Positions 1 to 12,127 of a stretch of DNA of 64,000 bases are shown here, one piece after another. Source of the DNA: Lingula anatina (Eukaryota > Animalia > Brachiopoda); assembly GCA_051362555.1 (NCBI GenBank), contig JBPQGU010000016.1, positions 6,448,001 to 6,512,000 on the forward strand, read 5' to 3'. The notes beneath the pieces were generated by a model. The model was not told the DNA's origin, did no database searches, and saw nothing but the letters and a program-made list of their open reading frames with translations. The position numbers were made by a program, and so were the translations under genes. The stretch's first letter is position 1. The number at the start of each line of letters is the position of its first letter.

Positions 1-2240
1 CATACTGTTAATCCTCTTGCTTGTGATTCTGAGAGCGAGAGAGCTACAAAGAAAATAAAAGAAAACAAAAAGGGAGCCAAAAAAATAAGGTTATATCAGC
101 AGACCGACCGATAGGTGTGGTGGGCGATACTTCTCAGCGGAGAAGTCTTTATCGCAGCAGCGGGTCGTGACTTTGCTTAGCTTGTTGAGGAAAGGGCCAT
201 TTCATGCTTGAGTGACCAACTTACAGAGGGGAAAGTTATTCTACCAGAGTCCAACCCCAGAGATAAAGGAACATCTGGAATGGGATAGAAGGCGGAAGCA
301 TTGAAAAATAGATAAGTACCCGGTACATGTATGAGTGCGTTAGTTTCAATCAAGAGTTGCATAATTATGAACATGAGCAAAATCAGAAATTCATACCCGT
401 GAAAAGTAGGTTAAGAACCAATTTAAGTTTTTGGGAAGAAGTAGGGTATTCATTTTTTATTCTAGACTTGATAAAAATGGTTATAAATTTCCGTTTATAG
501 CAACACCCTGTGGGATGAGGAAAGATAACAGCTTTCACCATTGAAAAATAAGTTTTTTGTTAAAAAGCTATTCTTGAATTGAAAAAGATGCGTTTGATTA
601 AAAGGTGTAGCAAACAACCAATTGTTGATAACCCTTAAACAGAAGCAGTGCATAGCAGTGAAAAAAATAGATTGATTTTAGATGTACGAGAAGTAAACAA
701 ACATGTCCGTAAGCAGTCTGGTAGTTACGGACATTTGAGAACGGCTCTTATGTTTATGAAACTGTGTGGTTGGTTGATTAAATTTGATTCAGCTAATCAA
801 CATCTAGATATCTATTATCCTCATACGGATTATTGAGGTTTTTCATGGAAAATTCAAGATCAGCAGATTTATTTTTGATTCTTAGTTCTTCCATTTGGGT
901 TATCATTAGCACTTAATATTTTTTTTCAAAATTGACTTGGCAATTAATCAAAGAATGGTTCGATGTAATTGGATGACGGTCTGTGGTACTGCAGTAACAT
1001 AGATAGATTGGAGCATCAGGGTGCTGAGATCAAAGATGATATTGCTAAGTCAGGTTTTATGTAAATATATGAGAATACTTTTTGGTCGTAGGTACAGAGT
1101 CTGGCATTTATAGGCATCGAAATAGATATTAGTATTGGGGAAATCAAAGTTCTTGATATTAGATTAGCAAGTGCTAAGAGATCTGACATTATATTCGCAC
1201 GAAAGTGAGCAGAGGTCTGGCTATGTCGGTCGGATTATACTATGTCTCATGTGTTGGGAAGTGTAAAACAACTAATGACAAATTATATTAGCATGGTTAT
1301 TTCAAGTGCTTTTTCTTAGAATCAGAAAATGTGTGTGAAAGCATGCAGTCAAATTAGACCTTGGTGTAGTAAATCAGAATTTTACAGTTTTCACCTCAGT
1401 GCAATAAGGTAGTTTATTCTGATGCTAGTAGTACTGGGTTTGGAGGATATTGTGTGGAGACACCTAAAAGGGTGTGTTGCGGGGAATGGTCAGCTGGCGA
1501 AGCGACGGAGAGCTCTACTTACAGAGAACTGATAGCTGTTTTCAGGGCCCTGTTCTCCATGGCAAACACGTTGAGTGTTTTGAGATTGAAGTGGTTTTCT
1601 GATAGCAAAGATGTTGTAAACATTAAAGAAAAAAGTAGCATGAGGAGTAAATTACAACCTATTATTTTTGATGTTTTTCTTCTAATGGAGTTATTCAATA
1701 GAAATGAAAGGATACTGAGAGAAGAGAATACCCATGCAGATTATATAAGTAGAAGTGTGGATGTTGACAATTGGGGTATTTCTAAAGAATTATTCTCACA
1801 TTTTGATAAGATATGGGGTCCTCATGAAGTGGATTGGTTAACGTCCTGCTACAATGCTAAAGTACATATTTTTACTCTAGATTTTAGAATTCAGGAACAG
1901 TGAATGGGAAACGCGTCATTTACGGATCTATCCTGGTCCTCAGATCAAATTCAGTCTCTTATTTCTACCAATGAGTTACAACAGACTCCTTGTTTCTATA
2001 TTGTTTCCGACAGACTGTTCTGGTCCTTCACCTGTAAATATCCATCATGACGTAATCAAATGTGGCACCGAAACGTGCCCTTGGCTGACTCTGTTATGGT
2101 CTCAAAATTTTTGAAGCTTTAAGCTTTTAGATGCTACCTAGTTTCTTATTGAAAAGTCGAGATATAGAGGTGGCAATTGGCTTTTGATAAATCGGGTTAA
2201 ATCGTATTTATGCCCAGTAAAAGTTCTTGAAAATATTTAG
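1..2240 (+). mobile_element. Decayed DIRS-order (YR) retrotransposon A, copy 1: gag end, RT, RNase H, methyltransferase-like domain, YR fragment
   Basis: RT motifs RLILDVREVNKHV, HLDIYYPHTDY, FLVLPFGLS and LDDG. RNase H motifs VYSDASSTGFGG and ESSTYRELIAV..ENTHADYISR. MT-like DNWGIS..WGPHEVD..YNAK. YR-like IEKS..RYRGGNWLLI..LCPVKVLE at ~2148-2240. Many stops and frameshifts. Confidence 0.88.
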
Positions 2241-2491
2241 ATTTCATTGGTAGGCCTCGATCCTAGCTACAGCTTTTCAAATTTACATGGCCTATTTTAA
2301 ATATAATATCGTTGAGTTACAATGACAGTTATGTATGAAAATTGTATAACGACGAGGGGGAGTATCGGTGCGCGTACAACAGTAATTTATGAATACATTT
2401 TACAGTATTATGGAATATACATGTATATTAGCGCCCGTGGTCTTATTGATCAATTAATGTGTGAATGAATAAGTCAAATCCACATGTACAT

Positions 2492-2765
2492 CTGGGGCGG
2501 ATCCAGGATTTTTTGGAAGGGTGGTGGTGTTTTTTTTACGGATTGACAAGGCCTCGGAGTGCAAGGCCGACCCTCACCCCTTTGGAGTTATGTTTGGGGC
2601 ACGCTCGAGGGCCACGAAAAAGGGTGTTTTAGAGGGAAAATATCTCCATTTGATACGGTTTATAACTATTATTCAGCTATAGATTTTGGGTGTAATTTTT
2701 TTATCAGAAATCGAAGGGAGGAGGGGGTCTGGATCCCCCCTGACACCCCCTCTTTATCCGCCATG
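2492..2765. mobile_element. MITE with (CA/CT)GGGGCGGATCC-type TIRs and 5 bp TSD
   Basis: ctggggcggatccagg ... tttatccgccatg, flanked by tacat (2487-2491) and tacat (2766-2770). Confidence 0.8.
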
Positions 2766-4420
2766 TACATGTATTAGACCGTGAACATTCGTGAACAGTT
2801 TCAACCACAGTCCCTCGCCTGAAATGAGCCATGCCTGTCTGTAATTTGCATAACAATTACTTGCTCATCGTAGTGCGAGCTGTATTTCCGAATGCTCAGT
2901 AGGCAGTAGGACACAGCTAGGTGAAGACGCAATGTTCAACGTGCGGGTGCAGTCGCAACGCAGTCGTATGAGGCGTAGAAGCAAATGCATGTTTCGTAAG
3001 TAGCACTTTTTCTTCAGTATCGTATGTCAGTTGATAGAAAGAGAGTAGAAAAATGCAAAGAAATTTGCGACGAGTATTTACGGGTATATTACTACTCTTT
3101 GTTGTCGCTGTCGCCTGTCGTTTCTGTTATGCCACTCAAAATATTATTTAGCAAATTAGTAAATGGGCATATTACCACAAAGATCACGGACATATTTACA
3201 TGATGGTACCGTACTTGTCACAGTTCCGAGCTTTTGATCCTAAGACAATGAACGATAGTCAGTTTTAGTAGGTTTGTTAATTTCATTATACATGTACCTG
3301 TAAAATGCTTGTAAGCAGTGTTGAAACACGGGGAAATGATTTATTCTAAAGCGAAATATGGTTCCCAAACGCGTGATGCAAAGCGATTTTAGATATTACA
3401 ACTTTATATAGTAGGTAAAATAAATAAATAGTGATAACCTACACAAACTAGAGGAGTGTTTTCAATATTTATTTTTTTTTCAAAGCAAGATATCTGAAAT
3501 ATCTTTATTACTAACTTCAGGTCTTAAATGTGGCGTTAGGCAACATAGAATCGATTGCTTTTTTGGGGTGCTATCTGAGCCTGAACTATGGACAAGTCAG
3601 ATATTGTTAACATTACCTTCTTATTTCAGAAGTCCACTGAGATACTGAGAACTGCACGGCACCTGGCTGCTAGCAACCAAGCCTGTCATTCACCCTCTGG
3701 AACCCTACGCACATCCATGCATCTTTTGTTTTAAAATTGAATAAATACGTTTGTCATTCCTTGTGTTCTTATTCACTTCCATATGAAATGATGATAAAAT
3801 ATTAATAATAATAATAATAGAGGGTTAGGGGTAAAATTGTAAAGATATTATTGTTTGGGCACTTTCAAATTAAATCTGCTAAAACTGATCTGTAAGCATT
3901 GTGTTTGGGATTGATGATTTCTCCAGTAACAGAGGATGTCGTAAATCGAAAGGATTAAAAGTTTTGTTAATATGCCCAGTATTTTGTAAATAATTGAGAG
4001 CATTTTAAGAATACATCTACAGGATTTCCAACAGCCCACATTTATAAATACAATTTGTATGAATTTACGATATTGCTTTTTTAAAAATCTGTCCTACATT
4101 TTTTATAGTGAGACGGGTTTTTTAATATCTATTTATAAATTAGTTCATCCTCCCAGATAAAATTTTCTTAATTTAATATAAGTCCATATTCTAAGGGTTT
4201 TGGTTTGCTAGAGAAAATTGTTTCAAATTTCACGACCTTCTCATCAAACGAACGCTTCAATTTTAAATTAAAACGAAAATATAAGAGATCTTGACACACT
4301 TTTGAAATGGGAACAATGAAATTTGCTCCTCCACCCAAAACTTAGAACTGCATATTCTGATATGTTTGAAAATGTCTCATTAAAATCATAATTAAAATAA
4401 ATTGATCCTTTGATATAAAG

Positions 4421-4880
4421 AAATGGACTCGCCCCACCTGTCACCCCTCAAATCGAATGGACTTGTCCCACCTGTCACCCCTCAGATGAAATGGACTCGC
4501 CCCACCTGTCACCCCTCAAATCGAATGGAATCGCCCCACCTGTCACCCCTCAAATCGAATGGACTCGTCCCACCTGTCACCCCTCAAATGGAATGTACTC
4601 GCCCCACCTGTCACCCCACAAATCGAATGGACTCGCCCCACCTGTCACCCCTCAAATGGAATGGACTCGTCCCACCTGTCACCCCTCAGATGGAATGGAC
4701 TCGCCCCACCTGTCACCCCTAAGATGAAATGGACTCGCCCCACCTGTCACCCCTCAGATGAAATGGATTCGCCCCACCTGTCACCCCTAAGATGAAATGG
4801 ACTCGCCTCACCTGTCACCCCTCAAATGGAATGGACTTGTCCCACCTGTCACCCCTCAAATCGAATGGACTCGACCCACT
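4421..4880 (+). repeat. 34 bp minisatellite, ~13.5 copies
   Basis: Tandem unit aatggactcgccccacctgtcacccctcaaatcg with no spacers. It produces the repetitive ORFs in all three + frames. Confidence 0.97.
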
Positions 4881-4900
4881 TGAAAACTTTCAATGCAGGT

Positions 4901-7793
4901 CAGTGGTGGGTGGAAGGGTATCACGTGATTTTCGGGAGCCAATGAAAAAAGCAGGAATTTTACACTCCGTTATAGGTAAACAAAATGGCACGTTCGACGC
5001 ACCGGGAGGATTGTTTATTTAGGAGGCATGCACATAAATTTGGTGGGTATTTTAAAAGCATTTTACTATTTACAACAATCAGTACCATCTCAACTTAACT
5101 CATGTGAAGTGATTTTCAAGTGTTTGGTCTGTTTATGTTTTTATGACAATTTAAACTAGGCATAGCTTCATATGTAGTTTGACAATTGTAAACTGAAGTT
5201 TTCACACCACAAGCCTTCTTTCAAGTGAAATATCTCGAAAAGCACTGGGACGATTTTTTTCCAACTTTTCAGTAATGTTGCTCATTTATTTGTTGACAAA
5301 AAGTGCCGATGGCACCCCTGGATCTTTGGAGTTATAGACGGTATAATCCTTCATACCCAATTACGACCATTTTTGTAGGAATGCGTCTTTATAATGTTAA
5401 ACTCCCTCATTAAAAAGCATATTTCTGAAAAAGTAAACAGTAGATTTTTTCCAAATCTTAATCTGACGTTTTTCGTGTACCTTTTTACATAATATGTAGC
5501 CTGCAACTGACAGCACCCCTGGGTCTTGGGATATATAGACAATGCAGTGCCATGGCAAATTACGGCCATTTTTGTTTGAGTGAATTTTGGATCACGCAGA
5601 CCCCGTCTTTCAAATCAAATATCTGAAAAAGCAATCGGACAATTATTTTCAAAATTGTCAGAAATGTTGCTTAGATATTGGTTAGCAAAAAGAGCCTATG
5701 GCACCCAATGGCACCCCAGGATCTTGAGAATTATAGGCTGTATATAGTGCATGCCAAAGTACTGTTTTGGTTATCCCACAGCCAGCATTTATAACAACAG
5801 CATAATTGCACTTGTATATCACTTACATGCTTGTCTGTATTTTAAAGCATAATGTGCAATCTGATCACTATACAAGCACATTCCTACAACTGTTGAAGGG
5901 CTAGTCATGGTATTAGTCAGTTACAACTACTTGTCATTCACTGTGTATGATGTACAAGAGCCTATTATATCTCAACTGTAGCTCCATATAATAGCACTCT
6001 TTTATGCCACATACAGTAATTGGCTCAAGTACATATCAAATAAACATTTTTTTTAAATACTGATGATAGTCTCATATCTTTTTCAGCATGGACTACAATT
6101 TTTATTTTTGAAATGCTGTGCACTATAAAGGTGAGATGTAATTCATCGGAATACCATAGTTGTAAACTTGTGACTTATGTTTCCATTGCTCATCTATTTC
6201 GTTAACATTGACAAAAACATGTTCTGTGTTTGTTTTGCCTAAACTTTCATTTTAATCTTACTATCATAAAAATTGAAATCATATTTAAGTATAATGGTAA
6301 CAGGTTACCTAAAAAGTTGAAGCCTTATCCAGTTAAATAATAATAATATCAAATATAAAACATTTACTGCTTTTTAATTTCAGGGAATGGAAACAGCTTT
6401 TAACCTCATAATGGGATACCGCCTATGGATTGTAGCTGAAATTAGAGACTTGAGATAACAGGAATGATGTTTGTTATTTCCAAAATCTGTGCCTTCATGG
6501 AGTGTGACATTGTAATAAACATGATTGCTTTTTAATTACTCAGTCATCAAATGTTAAATTAGTAGTTTGTCACAATATCAAATATTGTATTATCTGCATA
6601 GAGAATTCCCCTCATCTTTTGTAAGTTAAGTTTTGATTAATTAAGTAAAGTGAGTAGTAAGTCTCATGAACTTGGAGAAAATTAAATACTGCAGATCTTG
6701 AAAAAACTTCGTTTATTGTGATTTCTGTCAGATATGAGGATTTGTAAATGTTGATAATACATTACATTTTCTGTCTCTTATTATATGCATTTACCATGAT
6801 TTCTCACTCTGAGTAATGTTCGCATCTGGCAAACTAACTTGAAATTCAAGGCATATTTTATAGTTTTAAAAAAGTGATATTAAAATCTGACCAATACGAA
6901 TTTAAAGTAATCTGAATTCTATCAGGATTTCAGTCTTGCCTGTGCTATGTATGTATTTGTAGGTTGTCACCCTTTTAAATCATTTAAAAAGTATTATTAT
7001 ATTATTTCAATATTTTGTGAATATTTAAATGAGTTATAAAATTTATAAGAAAAATGTAAGAAATAAAATATACTGTTAATTATGTTTTTATGAAATATGT
7101 GAAATAAAAAGTTTATAATCATATCAAAGTTCTTCCATTTGTTTATGATAATTTTGTCATTTTACATTTTCTTTGCCTTAAACTTTGGTCAAGCTTACTT
7201 TCCACAAAAAAAAAAAAAAAAAAAAAACTTTGTCACATGCCCTTTCTTATAGTTATCTGAATTATCAACTTGTCATAATTTACTATTTTAATTTCTAGAG
7301 TTAATTATTATTCTTATTCAAACAAGAAATTATCAATTATACACAGAAAAATTAAAGTCAATAACAAATCAACACTGCCAGCAAATTTTACTCTGCCCAA
7401 GCTACAGTCACTATATATAGGATAGTAGGCCTACACACTGACAGAGATGTGATACCTATGCCACGGTGACATTTTACAACTCTACTCGTCGGTTTGTTGA
7501 TCATAAATTGCACATTTTTTCAAGTGTTTCATTATTAGTTTGTAGCATCCATATTTATATTTATATACATTTATACATAATGAAACAAAGTCGGCGTAAC
7601 GTTACGCAAATGCCCCAATAAACAATGCATCGCACACAGTTGCGCCAACGTTAACGCTTTACTGGACGAAGACGCAGGAAGACGTCGCCGGGAGCTCACT
7701 TTCGATGTTCACTCTTCGACGGCAAAACGTCAAATGACTGACGTGCGTGCGCATCTTTTGACGTATCACGTGATACCCTTCCAACCACCACTG
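4901..7793. mobile_element. Non-autonomous cut-and-paste DNA transposon, 29 bp TIRs, 9 bp TSD (MULE-like by TSD length)
   Basis: Left TIR cagtggtgggtggaagggtatcacgtgat (4901-4929) and right TIR atcacgtgatacccttccaaccaccactg (7765-7793) match 28/29. The direct repeat aatgcaggt sits at 4892-4900 and 7794-7802. No transposase ORF inside. Confidence 0.88.
5215..5750 (+). repeat. Three diverged ~190 bp tandem units, resembling Helentron/DINE-1-like core repeats
   Basis: The motif aaatatct..aaaag..gattttttccaa...gcaccc(c)tgg.tctt.gga.ttataga recurs at ~5225, ~5415 and ~5615. The family resemblance is by eye. Confidence 0.6.
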
Positions 7794-8269
7794 AATGCAG
7801 GTCGTCTTCTAACAGGGTCTAGCTATCCAGTGACCAACCAGGAGCATAGCTTGCACTGCGATGCGCGACTTTTTCTTATGCAAATTACAACTGGTACAGT
7901 GCATGGCACATTTGAGGAGTTGCTGTGGAAATTGGTCTCAAAGAACGGCGAAATTATGGAATATTATTTTACTATTGTGACAAGGCTATTACCCGCGTAG
8001 ACCTATTTGTCACCATACATAATAGGACAACTAGTTTATATTAAATCAAAAACTAAAAATAGCAATGAAGATAGGTATAACAAGTAAATGATGATGCTCA
8101 TACATTCGGGGAGTAGCTTTGCGTAGGATGAAATATATTGTATTGTACGCCCCCCTGGCTGTCGATTGTAAGTAATAGACATAAACTGGCCCGCTCGAAG
8201 ATTCTGCGGGTCCGTGGTCAAAGTTAAATAAAAATAACCATGATTAAGGGAAGTTATTGAAGTAATCAA

Positions 8270-10239
8270 TTTAAGATTTTAGAGATACTAATAAATTTAC
8301 CTATTTTAACACTGGTCGTATTCACAAAAGATCGTAAACATTACAGAGAGAAGGAAAAGTACCCAAGAGAAGGGAGGGGGGGGGGGGTGTGTGAAGGAGC
8401 GCAATGTGAAACAAATTAATATTATGTTCTTATTTATCTATTCAATTTCATAAATAATTTGTAAACTCTTCACTCTTGATTCAAATAAATAAAAAGCAAC
8501 AATTAAAACTTGTAGTACTTGCCACAGAAGCCAAACTGAAGTAAAACATTTGAAATAGCATAAAAAGAGGAAGACAAGTAAAAAAAATTAAATTCCCAAA
8601 TTTTTAGAAACTAATAATCTTTCTTCGACAGTATCCTTAACATAACCGTCTTTTGTGTTTTCAGATCGCCATCTACCGTGTTTCTTAAACAGTCTGTCTT
8701 TAGTCCCTGCATTAGAATCCAGCATATGAAATCAAACAAACGGAAAGTACTGACTCGTAATTTCGGATTTTTCTTACAGTTGGCTGTACCATGAAACCAT
8801 TTTAAAGTGTAAAAAGATGTCTAAACCGCAGCAGAATAATTACAAGTTTGTGACAAATTTTGAAGATAAAAAGCAACAATCGAGTCTTTCGCTGTAAAGA
8901 AAGAGGTCACACCGATCGTATTACACCGTTCAAGCCATTTTTGGAAGCCGTAAGAATATTTTCTCACTGTGTTGTCTGCTCTTGACTTCAAAATGACATC
9001 TGGTAATGAATCTGCTAAAGCCTTCAAACTTTTATTGCTTGTAACCTCCACGTCTTGGAGGATAGCATTATCAAGAAAACATGAAAAAAGAAAAAAAGAA
9101 AATTTTTGAAAACAAAACTCTAGCAATCGTTCCCATAATCTCTGTTCATCCTGGACAATAATCATGTCCATGTTAACTGTCATTGATCAATGATTGTGAT
9201 CCTAATGGCCATTTCTTCCATTCCTTCCTTCAATGTTGCAGAACTCCATTACAGCATGTTGTATCGATAACCCATTGGTAACTAGAGCGCAGACCTCCGC
9301 CAAGGCAGCGATTTTTTATTATTATTGATTTTTGATTGATTATTGATCCGGATCACCACCAAAAAATAATCATCTCTTCCTTGGCCCACTTCGTACAGTT
9401 CCTGAAAAATTCATCAAAATCGGTCTAAGAAATACATAAACAAAGCCATCTCCATTATATCAATGATCCAGTGATCGTCTGTTTATCTCTCCTTCGAAGA
9501 AAGTGAGTTTTAAATTCTATAAACAGATGACCAATTATTCATCTACTTTAAATCCCTTTAAATATGAAAAACTTATTCGTATTTAAAACAAATGGTCCCA
9601 AACCGGGTTTTCTGGCATCTGAATAGACCGTTTTTAACTTACTAGGCAAGCTTTGTACACGTAGACTTTTCTCATTTAAAAAAAAAAAGAAAACTAAATT
9701 GTCTTTCCAAAAATTAATTCTTTAATGCAAGACATTCGTCTTTAATATTAATATTAAAATCCCAATGCTTCCTCTAGTTATTTATCTAGATACATTTCCA
9801 ATCAATGGAGACATAATAATAAAACAGAAATAATTTTACCTGTAACCCTGGCCAATTTTATAGCTGTTATATACGGTAAATCTGAAACCAATTCGTCTAA
9901 AAGACACAGAGTATTACTAGTACATGTAGAAATCCTTCTTTCGGGAATAAACAATCCCCTTACTTCCATGTCCCAAATAATCCCCAACCATTCCAATTTG
10001 TTGACTGGTTCTAATTTACTTTTTTCAGCGTTTAAAACAAAATCTGCTTTAAACAGATCCATTTTAATTTTTTTAGAATGTAGTTTTAAATGTAATATAT
10101 TTTTCTAGAGAATTTTCAGACACAATACCGTCATCTAAATAAACAACAATGGGGATTCCATTTTTCTCCAATACCCAACTAAACGTCTAAGTATTTTAGT
10201 AAAAATAAACGGTGCTGAAGAAAGGCCAAACGAAAGTAC

Positions 10240-10240
<1 letters not shown>
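8270..10240 (-). mobile_element. Decayed DIRS-order (YR) retrotransposon B, copy 1: RT, partial RNase H, internally deleted tyrosine recombinase, 3' terminal region
   Basis: RT VLSFGLSSAPFIFTKILRRLVGYWR..YLDDG and LNAEKSKLEPVNKLEWLGIIWD. RNase H VYSDA at ~9620. YR N-terminus SRADNTVRKYSYGFQKW. YR C-terminus NAGTKDRLFKKHGRWRSENTKDGYVKDTVEERLLVSKNLGI* ends at ~8588. The 3' boundary is approximate. Confidence 0.88.
9281..9430 (+). mobile_element. Short Helentron-associated (HINE/DINE-like) element fragment inside retrotransposon B
   Basis: actagagcgcagacctccgccaaggcag...gatccggatcaccaccaaaa..aatcat...cctgaaaaattcatcaaaatcggtc interrupts the RNase H-to-YR region. It resembles widespread invertebrate non-autonomous Helentron elements (recognised from memory). 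Confidence 0.5.
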
Positions 10241-10279
<39 letters not shown>

Positions 10280-10384
10280 ATTCTTTCCGTTGATTTAAAA
10301 AAGTTTGAGATGCCGGAGCAATATCTAAATGGTGAATAAATAAATAAACACAACACTAAACTGCAGAATTATCTCAACAAATAT

Positions 10385-11100
10385 TATCTGTGGTCTTGCT
10401 CACATTCCCAAAAGTGAGAGTGTAATATGCCTTTGGTCCATGCAACCAGATCTCTTGTCCTCCTTGTCTGTTCAGCCTAAAATTGCAAGACAGCTATTTA
10501 ATTCTAAATGCATAACTCTATTAAAAAGGAAAATGTCCATGATGGAAAAAACTCATTTATTTTTTCTACCTGAAGATATGGAAAATGGTGCAATAGTTTG
10601 TGTTGTTCTCATGCATATCTACTCACAGTGATTATCTTCTTTCCAAGATTTTTGCCCCATGCCAAATGTCCCACGAATGTTTTATCCCGATTCATTTTTT
10701 TTTCCTGAAATAAGAAAAATTTAGCTAAATATATAGAGAGATATAACAAAAAAATAGCAAGAATTGCAACTAAATAATCACATACATGTAGATACATTTC
10801 ACATACTAAATTTGCTTTCTAATTATTATAGTAAGACCTAAACAGCACTTTGTACTTAAGTGTGCAACAAGGGCATCTTTGACCACTTCTGTTGCACTGA
10901 TTCCTTTTTTTTTTTCAGGAAATCCATAGCCCTGACAAACCCTTCCTTCTCCATTACAGAGCTACTCAGCTTGGTTTCTTTCTTCCTTACAACTTCTGCT
11001 TCCAACACATCCCCTGTTTCATAGTCAACAATAATGCTCGCGCAATATTGTGCACTATGTCCTGGGCTGTCCATTCTGCCATCAACTATGAATAAATGGG
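10385..11100 (-). pseudogene. Kolobok-type DDE transposase remnant with spliceosomal introns, copy 1
   Basis: DGRMDSPGHSAQYC..DYETGDVL..KKET..SSVMEKEGFVR (ORF 10856-11074). The next exon starts after an acceptor tttcag and reads HSWDIWHGAKNLGKKIIT up to a donor gtgagt (~10705-10627). The following exon starts after ttttag and reads AEQ..DLVAWTKGILHSHFWEC (~10476-10390). Confidence 0.75.
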
Positions 11101-11295
11101 ATATATCGAAACACGGACATCATAAATATGTGGTGCGACAATTCCTAAAACAACACTTGGTGGGATTTAGGACACATTCCTATAGACACCACAGGTCTAC
11201 ATTGATCGACCAGACTTGGCACGGATTTTCACTGCTATCAGCTGAATAGGTAACCCCCCCCCTCTAAGAAATAAAATTGTTCATGTTCCTTTTGT

Positions 11296-11296
<1 letters not shown>

Positions 11297-11342
<46 letters not shown>
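11297..11342. repeat. (TA)n microsatellite
   Basis: Pure TA run. It is longer in copy 2 (45874-45933). Confidence 0.95.
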
Positions 11343-11346
<4 letters not shown>

Positions 11347-12127
11347 CCAAAGGAATAGAGGGTAATAAGTCATACTCAAATTATATTTTAGGATGCCAAC
11401 CCATGTTATTTTCATCTTATTCCTTCTCAAAGTGTGTCTTGCCTTTAAATGTAAAGCTTTATGTTATTTAATGAAAGACAATATAAGTTCCATCTGTTTA
11501 GAGATGTACAGTTGTATGTCGGTCTGCTTTATAGCAATTAAGTCCCTGCTGTGGTTTAGGCCTACTGGTCACAACCAGAACATCAGAACCACTGCTTCCA
11601 TCCACCGCTTCTACTTGTGGACATGGGTACACTTGATATAGAAACAAAACACGCATTTAGTTAAAATTTTAGATTAATCCATTTAATCCATAAAGTTTAA
11701 ATAACACATTTGCAATAAAGTTTTTGATTAAGTGTTTTATCAAAATTAAAATAGATTATTGTAATAATGTTATTAAAGTATGTGCCCTTTTTCAAATGCA
11801 AAGAATGCAAAGCAACCCTTATATATACATGTACCTGTATATAAATATGTTTGATAAGATCTATTGGAGATATTTAAGCACATTTAAAAGACACTCACTC
11901 CGAAACAGAGTTTTCAATATCGCTTAATTTGGGATCAGGAATGGACTTAGCAGTGGTCCTCACCCTCGCCTGAACAAAGAAGCTCAAACAAATCAAGAAC
12001 AAATCAATATCCGAATAACGACGGTGATATGGCCCTGCTGGCGCATATTAATTTCGTGATCTGTAAACACAGGGAATCAGCAGTTGTAAACATTCTCTTA
12101 TAGTATATTTTGAACAAGCTGTCTGTA

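Noticed and set aside
1780-1900. Methyltransferase-like and recombinase remnants as a prokaryotic restriction-modification or phage system
   Set aside because: Both are standard domains of DIRS-order retrotransposons and are pseudogenised here.
3819-3834. agggttagggg as telomeric repeat
   Set aside because: Fewer than two full TTAGGG units, which is expected by chance.
4421-4880. 34 bp repeats as a CRISPR array or a repeat-protein gene
   Set aside because: Units abut with no unique spacers, no cas genes are present and the context is eukaryotic. The unit length is not a multiple of 3.
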